Below, one piece after another: positions 35,264 through 45,984 of a stretch of DNA of 46,001 nucleotides. The notes below the pieces were generated by a model that saw only the letters and a list, made by a program, of their open reading frames with translations, was not told the origin of the DNA and searched no databases. The DNA lies in UHGV virus genome UHGV-0199506, one strand, 5' to 3'. The position numbers were made by a program, and so were the translations under genes. The DNA is from a virus. Position 1 is the first letter of the stretch, and each line of letters opens with the position of its first letter.

Positions 35264-37235
35264 TACGTGGTTCCGTATGAAGGCGAGCGCCAACAACGAA
35301 GCGGATATCTATATCTATGACGAAATTGGTTATTGGGGAGTGACGGCCAAACAGTTTGTTAACGACCTTAAAGCGCTGGGTGATGTCAGCCATATTAATC
35401 TTCACATTAACTCGCCTGGTGGCGATGTCTTTGATGGCATCGCCATTTTTAATGCCCTGAAACATCACGGTGCCGCAATCACCGTTCACATAGATGGCCT
35501 GGCTGCCTCCATGGCTTCTGTCATCGCAATGGTGGGTAATCCGGTCATCATGCCGGAAAACACCATGATGATGATCCATAAGCCATGGGGCTTTGCCGGC
35601 GGCGATGCCAACGACATGCGCGACTACGCTGATTTGCTGGATAAAGTTGAATCGGTCTTAATCCCCGCCTATGCAGCAAAAACCGGAAAAACCTCTGATG
35701 AGATTGCCGCAATGCTGGAAGACGAAACCTGGCTGGATGGCGCTGAATGCCTTGCCATGGGTTTTGCTGACCAGGTGATCCCATCCCTTCAGGCAATGGC
35801 CTGTATTCATTCAAAACGTATTGAGGAATTTGAAAAAATGCCAAACAGCATTCGTAATATGGTCACCCCGCCGCGTAATTCCACCCAGTGCGAACCGCAG
35901 CAGCCTGTACCACAACCTCAGGCACACCAACCTACCGCCCCTCAGCCTGCCGCTGTGGATGAGAATGCTATCCGGGCGCAGGTTTATGCCGAACAGCGTA
36001 ACCGTGTGAACGGGATTAATGATCTGTTTGCTATGTTCGGCGGTAAGCACCAGGAGCTGCAAAACCAGTGTATTGCGGACCCCGATTGCACTGTGGAGCA
36101 GGCGAAAGATGTTCTGCTGGCTGCTCTGGGCAAGGCTGCTACTCCATCGAACAAAAACGAACAGCCGCACATTTATGCCGGGAACGGGAATTTTGTTGGC
36201 GATGGCATCCGCCAGGCGCTGATGGCCCGTGCAGGGTATGAAAATCAGGAGCGCGATAACGTGTACAACGGGATGACGCTACGTGAGTATGCGCGTATGG
36301 CACTGACGGAACGCGGTATCGGGGTCGCCAGTTACAATCCGATGCAGATGGTTGGCCTGGCATTGACTCACAGTACCTCTGATTTTGGCAATATTCTGCT
36401 CGACGTGGCGAATAAGGCGCTTCTGCAGGGGTGGGATGAGGCAGCAGAGACCTTTGATCTGTGGACGAAGAAAGGTCAGTTGTCTGATTTTAAAACTGCT
36501 CACCGCGTTGGAATGGGCGGTTTTAACTCCCTCCGCAAGGTTCGCGAAGGGGCTGAATATAAATATGTGACCACGGGCGATAAAGGCGAAACGATCGCAC
36601 TGGCTACCTATGGGGAAATTTTCTCAATTACCCGCCAGGCGATTATCAACGATGATCTGAACGCATTGACTGACGTCCCGGCGAAAATGGGACGTGCTGC
36701 GAAAGCTACCATTGGTGATTTGGTATATGCGATTCTGCTGGATAACCCGAAACTGTCCGACGGCAAACCGCTGTTCCATGCCGATCACAAAAACCTCTCC
36801 TCTGGCGCCATTTCTGTTTCGAGCATTGATGATGCCCGCAAACTGATGCGCCTGCAGAAAGAAGGGGAACGATCGCTGAATATTCGTCCAGCTTACATGC
36901 TGGTGCCGGTAGGGCTCGAAACGATTGCCAGTCAGACCATTAAATCGGCAAGCGTTAAGGGCGCAGATATTAACGCCGGGATCATTAACCCTATCCAGAA
37001 CTTTGCCGAAGTGATTGCTGAAGCACGGCTGGATGACAAGGATCCGAACGCCTGGTACCTGGCCGCTGCGAAAGGCACCGATACCATCGAAGTAGCTTAT
37101 CTGAATGGTGTTGACACGCCTTACATTGACCAGCAGGAAGGTTTCAATACCGACGGGATCGCCACGAAGGTGCGTATCGATGCGGGTGTTGCGCCGTTAG
37201 ACTTCCGCGGCCTGGCGAAATCAACTGGCAAGTAA
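35214..37235 (+). CDS. Prohead protease (ClpP/S14-like) - scaffold - HK97-fold major capsid protein fusion
   Basis: N-terminal ClpP-like IYIYDEIGYWGV...HINSPGGDVFDGIAIFNAL...HIDGLAASMASVI, then a Gln/Pro-rich linker, then a phage major-capsid domain (..GMTLREYARMALTERGIGVASYNPMQMVGL..). The start at MPKNW was chosen for its GAGGAGG RBS. An alternative in-frame Met lies at 35277. Confidence 0.75.
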   Translation: MPKNWTLQRPKASVKSNTWFRMKASANNEADIYIYDEIGYWGVTAKQFVNDLKALGDVSHINLHINSPGGDVFDGIAIFNALKHHGAAITVHIDGLAASMASVIAMVGNPVIMPENTMMMIHKPWGFAGGDANDMRDYADLLDKVESVLIPAYAAKTGKTSDEIAAMLEDETWLDGAECLAMGFADQVIPSLQAMACIHSKRIEEFEKMPNSIRNMVTPPRNSTQCEPQQPVPQPQAHQPTAPQPAAVDENAIRAQVYAEQRNRVNGINDLFAMFGGKHQELQNQCIADPDCTVEQAKDVLLAALGKAATPSNKNEQPHIYAGNGNFVGDGIRQALMARAGYENQERDNVYNGMTLREYARMALTERGIGVASYNPMQMVGLALTHSTSDFGNILLDVANKALLQGWDEAAETFDLWTKKGQLSDFKTAHRVGMGGFNSLRKVREGAEYKYVTTGDKGETIALATYGEIFSITRQAIINDDLNALTDVPAKMGRAAKATIGDLVYAILLDNPKLSDGKPLFHADHKNLSSGAISVSSIDDARKLMRLQKEGERSLNIRPAYMLVPVGLETIASQTIKSASVKGADINAGIINPIQNFAEVIAEARLDDKDPNAWYLAAAKGTDTIEVAYLNGVDTPYIDQQEGFNTDGIATKVRIDAGVAPLDFRGLAKSTGK

Positions 37236-37249
37236 TTCTCTGCCAACTC

Positions 37250-37270
37250 ATATCTCATTAGCCCATCAGG
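37250..37270 (+). terminator. Rho-independent terminator after the capsid gene (AGCCC-ATCA-GGGCT + T7)
   Basis: Read directly. Confidence 0.6.
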
Positions 37271-37318
37271 GCTTTTTTTATACCTGAAATCAGCCCTGCG
37301 GGGCTGCCAGGAGATGTT

Positions 37319-37645
37319 ATGGCTAAAAACTTTGTGCAGGAAGGAAAGACGATTCATCTGGTTAATGCCGGACAGGAACCGATTCTGAGTGGGGCAGCTG
37401 TTGTTGTCGGTGAGCTGATTGCTATCGCGATCACTGATATTCCCGGCGGCGATACTGGCGATGGTCTTACTGAAGGGGTATTCCAGCTGCCGAAGCTGCC
37501 CGCTGATGAAATTAAAGCGGGAAAGAAGGTGTATTTCAAGGCGGGCAAGGTACAGCTGGAAGCAACAGGCGCAGTTTTTGCTGGGGTTGCCTGGGAAGAT
37601 GCGGGCGCAAACAGTACCGTCATTGACGTCAAGATCAATGCCTAA
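37319..37645 (+). CDS. Head decoration / capsid cement protein (DUF2190-like)
   Basis: 108 aa, Gly/Ala-rich, at the lambda D position. AGGAG RBS preceded by a GC hairpin. Confidence 0.55.
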   Translation: MAKNFVQEGKTIHLVNAGQEPILSGAAVVVGELIAIAITDIPGGDTGDGLTEGVFQLPKLPADEIKAGKKVYFKAGKVQLEATGAVFAGVAWEDAGANSTVIDVKINA

Positions 37646-37658
37646 CCCTTTCGACAAG

Positions 37659-37913
37659 ATGGCGGCCCGGATGGATGCCGCCACCCTCAAAAAAATGGGC
37701 AAGGAAGCGGTCATTAACGGCATAAGCGTTGACGTCGTGCCTGCTGAGTTGCTGGAGGAGATGGGCGCACTTTCCGGAGCCGCCACGGTGCTGGTCGTGT
37801 TTGCTGCTGGTTATCGGCCCGCCAGAAACGATGCCGTGGAATATGACGGTAAAGACTGGATCGTTACCCGCTATCAGTTTTTTAACGGAAAGCCTCAAAT
37901 CTGGCTGGAGTGA
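37659..37913 (+). CDS. Putative head-tail connector protein (84 aa; FII-position)
   Basis: An internal Met of the 37419 ORF was chosen because the 5' part overlaps the decoration gene. Positional call only. Confidence 0.35.
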   Translation: MAARMDAATLKKMGKEAVINGISVDVVPAELLEEMGALSGAATVLVVFAAGYRPARNDAVEYDGKDWIVTRYQFFNGKPQIWLE

Positions 37914-37916
37914 ATC

Positions 37917-38495
37917 ATGTCTCTGAAAGGTCTTGAGCGTGCTATCCAGAATCTGAACAGTCTGAGCCGACTGATGGTACCGACGGCTACCGCGCAGGCG
38001 CTTAACCGGGTTGCCGGGCGAACAATTACGCAAGGTAGCCGCAAGGTGGCGAAAGAAGCAACGGTTGGTGATAACCGCAAAAAAGGGTTGCCGGTGAGGC
38101 TGGTCCGGCAGCGGTCGCGTCTTAAGCGCGCGAAACCTGATCGTCTGGTGGCGGCCATTCGTATTAACAGAGGGAACCTGCCTGCAATCAAACTGGGTGC
38201 TGCACGGGTGCAGCTTTCGAGGCGAAAAGGCGAAAAACGCGGGCGCGGGAGTGTGCTTCGTATTGGACCGTACATTTTCAAAAATGCATTTATCCAGCAG
38301 CTTGCGAACGGGCGGTGGCAGGTGATGCACCGTCTGGGTAAATCCCGCTACCCGATTGATGTTGTGAAAGTTCCTCTCGAAACCCCGTTAACCCAAAACT
38401 TCACCGCTATATCAAAGCAGCTTATCGACAGTGACATGCCGAAGGAGCTGTCGTCCGCGCTGAAAAATCAACTGAGGATCCACCTGAAGCGATGA
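37917..38495 (+). CDS. Minor tail protein, Z-position (192 aa)
   Basis: Same length and gene position as lambda Z. Basic protein. No sequence-level match could be verified from memory. Confidence 0.45.
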   Translation: MSLKGLERAIQNLNSLSRLMVPTATAQALNRVAGRTITQGSRKVAKEATVGDNRKKGLPVRLVRQRSRLKRAKPDRLVAAIRINRGNLPAIKLGAARVQLSRRKGEKRGRGSVLRIGPYIFKNAFIQQLANGRWQVMHRLGKSRYPIDVVKVPLETPLTQNFTAISKQLIDSDMPKELSSALKNQLRIHLKR

Positions 38496-38893
38496 GCAAA
38501 CACACCGCTATTCGTCTTGCTGTTCTGGACCAGTTAAAGACGTCCATTCCGGACCGTGTGACATGGTTTGACGGACGCCCTGTCTTTCTGGAAGAGCAGG
38601 ATCTACCGGCGCTCGCAGTCTATCTGACGGATGCCGAATACACGGGAGAAAGCCTGGATGAGGATAGCTGGCAAGCAGTCCTTCATATCGAGGTATTTCT
38701 GAAATCCACCACGCCGGATAGCGCGCTGGATGCGTGGATGGAAGAGAAGGTGTATCCGGCTCTTGAAACTATCCCGGCGCTATTTCCCTTAATCGAAACG
38801 ATGATCCCCATGGGCTACGACTACCAGCGTGATGACGAAATGGCCACCTGGGGATCGGTCGATCTGACCTATACCCTCACTTATTTTAGATAA
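38492..38893 (+). CDS. U: Tail terminator protein U
   Basis: [16 protein letters not shown]...[79 protein letters not shown] is collinear with lambda gpU. Confidence 0.85.
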   Translation: MSKHTAIRLAVLDQLKTSIPDRVTWFDGRPVFLEEQDLPALAVYLTDAEYTGESLDEDSWQAVLHIEVFLKSTTPDSALDAWMEEKVYPALETIPALFPLIETMIPMGYDYQRDDEMATWGSVDLTYTLTYFR

Positions 38894-38901
38894 GGAATTT
38901 T

Positions 38902-39645
38902 ATGGCAACTCCTAATCCAATGGCCCCGGTAAAAGGGGCTGGTACCACGCTCTGGCTGTATACCGGAACGGGGAACCCCTACGCTAACCCGCTTTCCGAT
39001 GCTGACTGGCAGCGCCTGGCGAAAATTAAGGAACTGACGCCGGGCGAAATGACGGCGGAGTCCTACGATGACACCTACCTTGACGATGAAAACGCAGACT
39101 GGACTGCGACAGCGCAGGGGGCAAAATCGGCAGGTGATACGTCTTTAACCCTGGCCTGGAAGCCAGGGGAAGAGGGGCAAAAGTCGCTGGTGGCCTGGTT
39201 TGTCGATGGCGATGTGCGGGCCTACAAAATTAAATACCCGAATGGCACCGTGGATGTGTTCAAAGGGTGGTGCAGTAGCCTGGGTAAAGCCATTCCCGCG
39301 AAGGAAGTGATCACCCGTACAGCCAAAATCACCAATACCGGGAAACCTGAACTGGCGGAAGAAAGCGGTAATCCGCCGATCGCGGTGACCGGGATCAAAC
39401 TCGATAAGGCAACGGCCAGCGTGGCAGTCGGCACCACCACAACGCTAAATGTTACTTTCCTGCCTGCCAGCGCGTCGATGCAGTCGTTCCGCGCAGCGAC
39501 CTCGGATAGCTCGAAAGCGAAGGTGGTCGTGAGTGGCAAATCTCTGATCGTCACCGGCGTGGCACCTGGTGCTGCCGACATTATTGTCATGAGTAATGAC
39601 GGTAATTTTGTGGCGACCTGCAAAACCACCGTGACGGCTTCCTGA
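38902..39645 (+). CDS. V: Major tail protein V with C-terminal Ig-like (Big_2) domain
   Basis: [81 protein letters not shown]... matches lambda gpV almost residue for residue over the N-terminal 160 aa. Confidence 0.9.
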   Translation: MATPNPMAPVKGAGTTLWLYTGTGNPYANPLSDADWQRLAKIKELTPGEMTAESYDDTYLDDENADWTATAQGAKSAGDTSLTLAWKPGEEGQKSLVAWFVDGDVRAYKIKYPNGTVDVFKGWCSSLGKAIPAKEVITRTAKITNTGKPELAEESGNPPIAVTGIKLDKATASVAVGTTTTLNVTFLPASASMQSFRAATSDSSKAKVVVSGKSLIVTGVAPGAADIIVMSNDGNFVATCKTTVTAS

Positions 39646-39655
39646 TAACAGAGGA

Positions 39656-40084
39656 ATGAGCATGTTTCTGAAAAAAGACGAATTTACCCATAACGGCGCT
39701 ACGGTGCCGATCACCGAATTGTCGGCATTGCAGCGCATTACTTATCTCGAATATCTGGCCGCAGAAGAAAAAGCCTTATCCGCCATTTCTGATGACGTGG
39801 ATGACCAGAAAATGTCCGCCGGGCTGGTCAGTATGAGTATCCGCGCAGGCGCGCGCCTGATTGCGCTCTCGCTCTGGCATAACGATCCTAAAGGGCCCTC
39901 TGAAGAGGAGCTCCACCAGCAGGTGATGAGTACCTGGCCGCCGGAAGCGATTGGCAAAGCGGAAATGCAGATCAAGCTGCTCTCCGGCATGCTGGCGCCG
40001 GTTGCCGAAGAAGAGCAATCTACGGATGAAGATATTGATACCACCGTGCTGGGTGATGAACCTGTTACAGCGGAAAAGCCCTAG
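39656..40084 (+). CDS. G: Tail assembly chaperone G
   Basis: [26 protein letters not shown]...SLWHNDP...[20 protein letters not shown] matches lambda gpG. Confidence 0.85.
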   Translation: MSMFLKKDEFTHNGATVPITELSALQRITYLEYLAAEEKALSAISDDVDDQKMSAGLVSMSIRAGARLIALSLWHNDPKGPSEEELHQQVMSTWPPEAIGKAEMQIKLLSGMLAPVAEEEQSTDEDIDTTVLGDEPVTAEKP

Positions 40085-40419
40085 CCAGCGAGCTTGATTT
40101 TGTCCTGAAGCTGGCGCGTGAGTTCGGGCGACCTGACTGGCGCGCCATGCTTGCTGGCATGACGTCCTCCGAGCTGGGCGACTGGCATCACTTTTACCGG
40201 GAGCGTTTTTTTCAGGACGCGCAGCTCGATGCCCACTTCTCCGGGCTGCTTTACACCATTTCAACCTTCTTATACCGGGATCCAGACATCACCCCTGCAC
40301 ACTTCAGCCTGCTGTCTCCCTCCGCTGAGGCTGCAGCGGATAATATACAGGACGATGAAGCCATGATGCTGGCCGCGGAGGGAATTACAGGAGGCACCAG
40401 ATATGGCCCAGCAGATTAG
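39656..40419 (+). CDS. GT: Tail assembly chaperone G-T fusion, produced by a -1 programmed frameshift near 40072-40079
   Basis: The T frame (-1 relative to G) is open from before the G stop through 40419. It encodes ...[22 protein letters not shown]..., matching lambda gpT ...LAGMSSRELSEWYAFYRLEPF. The slippery context is cGGAAAAGccc, versus lambda's G GGA AAG. Confidence 0.6.
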
Positions 40420-43400
40420 CGACCTTGTCATTAACCTGGATGTCGACAGCGCCACATTCACCGAACAGATTGCCAGGATTAAGGGGCAACTGTCCGGTGT
40501 GGCGAATGAGTCGGAAAAAGTGCAGACGCGCATGCGCAGTGCGGCAGAGGCGCAAATCACCGCGCTTAAAACGACAAGCGATGCCGGTGCCGGCGCCGTG
40601 TCCGATATGCAGAGGCGGCAGGCGGATGCCGCCGCCGGGCTTCAGAACGAATTGCAGCGGGTCTCCAAATCGGTCGATGAGACTTACCAGCGCGTCACCG
40701 GGTTAAACCAGCGTTATCGGGAGAACGACGCTCAGGCAGAGGCGCTGGCGCGGCGGCAGGATGCGCTTGCGGAGTCGTTCTTCAGGCAGATAGATGGTGT
40801 CAGAACACTCAACGGCGAAACACGAACGCTTGCCAGTATCCAGGAACAATTCCGTAAGGCACGCGCGCAGGGAAATATTACCCAGGGCGATTACCTTTCT
40901 CTGATCTCCCATACTACTGCGAGGCAGAAAGAGCTCCAGCAGGTAGAGGAAAAAGCGAACCTGGCTCGCGAAAAATTTCTTCGCCAGCTTAAGGCCCAGG
41001 TGGTCGAACAAAAACTATCAGGTACTGAGCTGCTGAGAATGAAAGCCGCGCAGGTAGGCGCCAGCGATGCTGCTGAAGTTTATATCCGCAAACTGGAAGC
41101 GGCAAAGGTCGCAACGCACAGCCTTGGTCTCGAGAGCGCCGGCGCACGTCGGGAGCTTGGTGTTCTGGCTGGAGAGTTATTGCGGGGCAACTTCGGCGCG
41201 CTGCGTGGCTCCGGGATAACCCTGGCGAATCAGGCCGGGTGGCTCGAAAAAATGATGACGCTACGCGGACTGGGGATCGCTGGCGTGGTCGGTGGCATAG
41301 CGGCATCCGTCGTTCTGCTGGGAAAGGCGTGGTATGAGGGCGGGAAGGAAGCCGAGGAGTTTAACAAACAGCTCATTCTCACCGGGAACTATGCCGGTAA
41401 AACCTCGGGACAACTGCAGGCGCTGGCACGGAACATCTCAGGAAATGGAGTCACTCAGCACGCCGCGGCAGCCGTATTAGCGCAGGTTGTGGGAAGCGGG
41501 GCATTCGGCGGCGCCGACGTCGAACGGATTGCCAATGTGGCTGCGAGGCTTCAACAGGCTACCGGCCAGGCGGTGGATGAAACCATTAACCAGTTTAAGC
41601 GGCTAAAAGAAGATCCGGTTAATGCGGTCGCAACGCTGAATGAATCTCTGCATTTTCTGACCGCAAGTCAGTTTGAGCAGATTTCAGCTGCTCAGGCAAT
41701 GGGGGATTCGCAGCGCGCTGCCGAGCTTGCGATGCGCGCCTATTCCGACAGCGTTATCCAGCGTGCGAATGCGGTGAAGGAAAACCTGGGGACACTGGAA
41801 ACGGCGTGGAACTGGGTGAAAAATGCCGCCAGCGGCGCCTGGGATGCCATGATGGGCATTGGTCGTAATCCTGATGCGGCCATGAAGCGGCAGGGGGCTT
41901 TTGCAGACTGGCAGGCAGCGGAAAAAGAACGCCGGCAACTGGCCGCCAACCTGAACGTCGATCCCAACTATTCCGGTAATAACCCCCTCATTAAGGCTGA
42001 TGCAGAACGTTTGCGTATTGCCACTCAACGTGCTGAGTTGCTGAAACAAACTTATGATGAAGCCGACAAAGCATACGCTAAGGAAGGTTTAGCCGCGGCA
42101 CGCGAGAAGCTGCGTAACGAACAACAACAGCAAGCCATCAGGAACCAGCAGCAGTTTAATCAACTTCTGGAATCAGGCCTCAAGCCGGCAGAGAGACGGG
42201 CTCGCGCCCAGGCCGAATTTAATAAGCTTGTTGAGAAAAACAAGCAAGATGCGATCGATGGGATTGCGACCCGCTGGACAGCCAGCGATATAGAAAAAAT
42301 TCGCGCAAGTATTGATGCGAAGTACAAAGACCCTAAAACGCCGAAAGGGAGGCAGTACACAACACCCGCGGGGAGTAAAGCAGAGGAAGGGGCTCAGGCC
42401 GAATTACTGACCCTGCAGGCTCAGTTGAAAACCCTCCAGCAGCATACAGACGTCAACGACGTGATCAGTAAGCAACGTCGGGATCTCTGGCAGGCAGAAA
42501 ATCAGTATGCTGTTTTGCAGGAAGCGGCCGGCCGCCGCCAGCTCTCCGCCCAGGAAAAATCACTGCTGGCCCACAAAAACGAAACCCTGGAATACAAACG
42601 TCAGCTGGCAGATCTCGGTGATAAGGTCGCCCGGCAGCAGAAGCTGAATAATCTGGCAGATCAGGCCAATAAATTCGCTCAGCAGCAGAGTGCGATCCGG
42701 GCGGGGATCAAGGCTCAGGCCGACGGACTTTCTGGCAGGGAAGCGAACAGAAGAAGCACGCTTGAAAAGCTGAGTGAAACGTACGCCTTCAATCCTGGTG
42801 CGCAGCGCAAGGTGCTGGAGGAACAGCAAGCCACCTATGAAGCCGAGGACGCATTGCGCGGTAACTGGCTGGCCGGCGCCAAACAGGGCTGGGCAGAGTA
42901 TCAGGATTCCGCCACTAATGTATTTTCCTCTGTTCAACAAATATCCCAGGCTACCTTCGGGGGGCTGGCAAATCAGCTGACATTGCTGAATACCACCGGC
43001 AAAGCGAGTTTTAAGGAATTCACCACATCCATTCTGAAGATGATCGCTCAGGTCATCGATCAGCTTATTGTGGCCTACACCTTTCAGGCTGCAATGGGGT
43101 GGATCAGCGGCGGGAGCAGTTCTTCAAATTCTGGTCAGTCTTTTGCCGTTCCTTCCTATCGTCCCTCTGGCTTTGATGGTGGTGGTTATACCGGGCATGG
43201 TGGTAAGTACGAGCCCGCGGGGGTTGTCCACCGCGGCGAATTCGTTTTCACCAAAGAGGCAACCAGCCGCATCGGCGTGAGCAACCTGTACCGGATGATG
43301 CGTGGTTATGCTTCAGGCGGGTATGTTGGTGCTGGTGGTGCGCCTGCAGGTGTATTCGCAGGCGGCGTGAATGTCTATGCGCCTGTCAGCGTGACAACAC

Positions 43401-43546
43401 AGCAGACTGGAAACAATCTGCAGCAGGGTAATTCTGATTCTGTCGGAAAAGCTTATCAGCAGGTTGTAAATCGATCCGTGCAGGATGGGATAGCCAAAGC
43501 GCTGCGTCCGGGTGGACTTATCTGGAATGCAACTAACCGGAGGTAA
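40403..43546 (+). CDS. H: Tail tape measure protein H
   Basis: 1047 aa, highly alpha-helical and Ala/Gln/Arg-rich, with a Gly-rich C-terminal domain. At the canonical position. Confidence 0.9.
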   Translation: MAQQISDLVINLDVDSATFTEQIARIKGQLSGVANESEKVQTRMRSAAEAQITALKTTSDAGAGAVSDMQRRQADAAAGLQNELQRVSKSVDETYQRVTGLNQRYRENDAQAEALARRQDALAESFFRQIDGVRTLNGETRTLASIQEQFRKARAQGNITQGDYLSLISHTTARQKELQQVEEKANLAREKFLRQLKAQVVEQKLSGTELLRMKAAQVGASDAAEVYIRKLEAAKVATHSLGLESAGARRELGVLAGELLRGNFGALRGSGITLANQAGWLEKMMTLRGLGIAGVVGGIAASVVLLGKAWYEGGKEAEEFNKQLILTGNYAGKTSGQLQALARNISGNGVTQHAAAAVLAQVVGSGAFGGADVERIANVAARLQQATGQAVDETINQFKRLKEDPVNAVATLNESLHFLTASQFEQISAAQAMGDSQRAAELAMRAYSDSVIQRANAVKENLGTLETAWNWVKNAASGAWDAMMGIGRNPDAAMKRQGAFADWQAAEKERRQLAANLNVDPNYSGNNPLIKADAERLRIATQRAELLKQTYDEADKAYAKEGLAAAREKLRNEQQQQAIRNQQQFNQLLESGLKPAERRARAQAEFNKLVEKNKQDAIDGIATRWTASDIEKIRASIDAKYKDPKTPKGRQYTTPAGSKAEEGAQAELLTLQAQLKTLQQHTDVNDVISKQRRDLWQAENQYAVLQEAAGRRQLSAQEKSLLAHKNETLEYKRQLADLGDKVARQQKLNNLADQANKFAQQQSAIRAGIKAQADGLSGREANRRSTLEKLSETYAFNPGAQRKVLEEQQATYEAEDALRGNWLAGAKQGWAEYQDSATNVFSSVQQISQATFGGLANQLTLLNTTGKASFKEFTTSILKMIAQVIDQLIVAYTFQAAMGWISGGSSSSNSGQSFAVPSYRPSGFDGGGYTGHGGKYEPAGVVHRGEFVFTKEATSRIGVSNLYRMMRGYASGGYVGAGGAPAGVFAGGVNVYAPVSVTTQQTGNNLQQGNSDSVGKAYQQVVNRSVQDGIAKALRPGGLIWNATNRR

Positions 43547-43550
43547 TATT

Positions 43551-43898
43551 ATGGCAATTGAAACATTCGCCTGGCGTATTCAGGCAGCCAGTCAACCTAC
43601 GTTAAAAAGCAAAGATAATATCCGGAGGGTTCAATTTGGTGATGGCTATGCACAGGTATCCGGGAACGGCATAAATAATGAAACACTGAGTTATGAGTTC
43701 TCTTTTTCTGGCGACCCGGATACTGCTCTGGAAATTTATAAGTTTTTGCGTCGTCACAAAACCAAGGCGTTTTCTTTTAAACCGCCAGGTGGTGAATTAG
43801 CGTTGTGGCGGGTTCAGGCCGACAGCCTGCAAAAAGTTATTCAGGGAAAGAAAGTCATCACCATTACTGCAACGTTTGAACAGGCATTCGTACCATGA
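43551..43898 (+). CDS. M: Minor tail protein M
   Basis: MAIETFAWRIQ...VQFGDGYAQ...FSFKPPGG..WRV compares with lambda gpM MKTFRWKVKPG..VRFGDGYSQ..FLWTPPY. GGAGGTAA RBS. The ORF-track start at 43512 lies inside H. Confidence 0.8.
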   Translation: MAIETFAWRIQAASQPTLKSKDNIRRVQFGDGYAQVSGNGINNETLSYEFSFSGDPDTALEIYKFLRRHKTKAFSFKPPGGELALWRVQADSLQKVIQGKKVITITATFEQAFVP

Positions 43899-44650
43899 GT
43901 CTTCACGCTGATTATCAGAAACTGGAGCCGGGAGATGAAATCCGGCTATTCGAAATTGACGGAAGTGCTTTTAATATGGGTGATATTTTATATTTTCACG
44001 GATATAACATACCCCATACCGAAGCGGAAATTGTGGCTGCTGGTGGCGATGAATCGAAGCTACCGGCCAAAAGCATCTGGTGGCAGGGCATCGAATATAA
44101 AGCATGGCCTTGTGAATTAGAGGGGATTGAATCCTCGACTTCAGGAAGCGACGCGCAGCCGACACTGAGGGTAGGCAACATTGATGGTTCGATTTCCGCG
44201 CTCTGTCTTCATTACGACGATCTGGCTCTGGCGCGGGTTGTCATCCACGATACGCAAAAACAGTATCTCGATGCGAAGAACTTTCCGGACGGGAATGCTT
44301 CAGCTGATCCGACACAGGAGAAACGGCGCCTTTTCTTCATCGACGTAAAGCATTATGAAGACGATGAGAAGGTGGAATTTACTCTCTCCAGCCCGTTTGC
44401 CCTGCAGGGGATGATGATCCCCACTCGCCAGCTGCATGCGATTTGCAGCTGGTGTATTCGCAATCAGTACCGCAGTGGTAACGGGTGCGATTATGCCGGC
44501 ACCCGGTATTTTGACAGGAACAATCAGCCAGTTGATGACCCGTCGCAGGATGTCTGCCCCGGCACGCTCACGGCCTGCAAATTACGTCATGGTGAGAATA
44601 GTGAACTGCCGTTTGGCGGGTTCCCTGGCACCTCATTAATCAGGAGCTGA
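43895..44650 (+). CDS. L: Minor tail protein L
   Basis: Lambda gpL family, including the C-terminal Cys cluster CSWCIRNQYRSGNGCDYAGTRYFD...CPGTLTACKLRHG. Confidence 0.85.
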   Translation: MSLHADYQKLEPGDEIRLFEIDGSAFNMGDILYFHGYNIPHTEAEIVAAGGDESKLPAKSIWWQGIEYKAWPCELEGIESSTSGSDAQPTLRVGNIDGSISALCLHYDDLALARVVIHDTQKQYLDAKNFPDGNASADPTQEKRRLFFIDVKHYEDDEKVEFTLSSPFALQGMMIPTRQLHAICSWCIRNQYRSGNGCDYAGTRYFDRNNQPVDDPSQDVCPGTLTACKLRHGENSELPFGGFPGTSLIRS

Positions 44651-44651
44651 T

Positions 44652-45362
44652 ATGCGTCAGAAAACGATTAAGGCCATCCAGGAACATGCCGCCGCAGAAT
44701 ATCCGCGCGAGGCCTGCGGCCTTGTCGCCCAGAGGGGCCGGGCGGAGCGTTATTTCCCCTGCCGGAACCTGGCCACAGAGTCGAAAGATAATTTTGTGCT
44801 GGCGCCGGAGGATTATGCGGAGGTTGAGGAATGGGGAGCGATCACCGGTATTGTTCACAGCCATCCTGATGCCACCACCCAGCCGAGCGAACTGGATAAA
44901 GCACAATGCGACACGACCCTTCTCCCCTGGCATATTATCAGCTGGCCAGAAGGAGATCTCCGTACCATTCACCCGCGTGGTGAGTTGCCGCTCCTCGAGC
45001 GACCATTCGTGCTGGGCCACTACGATTGCTGGGGCCTGGTGATGAGCTATTTTCGGCAAACCCACGGCATCGAGCTGCACGATTACCGCGTCGACTATCC
45101 GTGGTGGGAAAAGGAGTATCCCGATAATTTTTATCAGGACTGCTGGTATGAATGCGGGTTCCGTGAGTTTGATGGTCCACCGCAACCGGGTGATATGGTT
45201 ATCATGCAGGTGCAGGCGGATAAGTGGAACCACGCCGGGATTTTGCTGGAAGGGAACATGCTACTTCACCATTTGTATGGTCACCTGAGTCAGCGCGTGC
45301 CCTATGGCGGGTACTGGCAGGAAAGAACAATGAAAATCGTCAGGTATTTTTCACTATGTTAA
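44652..45362 (+). CDS. K: Tail assembly protein K (MPN/JAB + NlpC/P60 domains)
   Basis: N-terminal ...EYPREACGLV...HSHPD (JAMM-like) and a C-terminal NlpC/P60-like Cys/His region, matching lambda gpK. Confidence 0.85.
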   Translation: MRQKTIKAIQEHAAAEYPREACGLVAQRGRAERYFPCRNLATESKDNFVLAPEDYAEVEEWGAITGIVHSHPDATTQPSELDKAQCDTTLLPWHIISWPEGDLRTIHPRGELPLLERPFVLGHYDCWGLVMSYFRQTHGIELHDYRVDYPWWEKEYPDNFYQDCWYECGFREFDGPPQPGDMVIMQVQADKWNHAGILLEGNMLLHHLYGHLSQRVPYGGYWQERTMKIVRYFSLC

Positions 45363-45393
45363 TGAACCTCACGGTAAGTTTGGGAGCGGGATA

Positions 45394-45984
45394 ATGCATG
45401 AAGTTATGATGCGAATTGAACTGAACGGGCCGTTGGGGAAACGGTTTGGGAAAATTCATCACCGACTTATTTCCACCACTAAAGAGGCGGTGGTGGCGCT
45501 GGCAAAAACAATTCCTGGATTTGAAAAGTTCATGATCACCAGCGAAGACCGTGGATTAACCTATGCGATATTTCAGGATGAAAAAAATATAGGGCTGGAT
45601 GATCTTGGTTTTCCTGTGAAGGGTGACGTGATACGGATAACGCCGGTTGTTATCGGGAGTAAAAAGGCGGGGCTTTTACAAACTATTCTCGGTGCAGTCC
45701 TTGTTGTTGTGGGGGTCATTTCCACATTCACTCCGGCTAATGCGGCCGCACCATATCTTTATAGTACAGGAGCATCAATGATGCTCGGCGGCGTCGTTCA
45801 GATGCTTTCCCCACAGCCAGCAGGCCTGGCACGAAAAGAATCCGCTGACAATAAAGCGTCCTACGCCTTTGGGGGCGTGACGAATACTGCCTCTCAGGGA
45901 TATCCGGTCCCTTTGCTTTATGGCAAACGCCGAATTGGCGGCGCCATTATATCAGCCGGTATTTACACAGAAGATCAGCAATAA
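45394..45984 (+). CDS. I: Tail assembly protein I
   Basis: Ubiquitin-like N-terminal domain plus a hydrophobic Gly/Val-rich segment, LLQTILGAVLVVVGVI. Matches the lambda gpI architecture. J would be expected next, but the window ends. Confidence 0.8.
   Translation: MHEVMMRIELNGPLGKRFGKIHHRLISTTKEAVVALAKTIPGFEKFMITSEDRGLTYAIFQDEKNIGLDDLGFPVKGDVIRITPVVIGSKKAGLLQTILGAVLVVVGVISTFTPANAAAPYLYSTGASMMLGGVVQMLSPQPAGLARKESADNKASYAFGGVTNTASQGYPVPLLYGKRRIGGAIISAGIYTEDQQ

Noticed and set aside
34316-35579. Minus-strand ORFs of 208 aa and 181 aa inside the portal and protease genes
   Set aside because: They are antisense to structural genes with clear family matches.
37121-38330. Minus-strand ORFs of 221 aa and 231 aa over the capsid 3' end, the decoration gene and the Z-position gene
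   Set aside because: They are antisense to a contiguous, tightly packed plus-strand structural operon and have no RBS.
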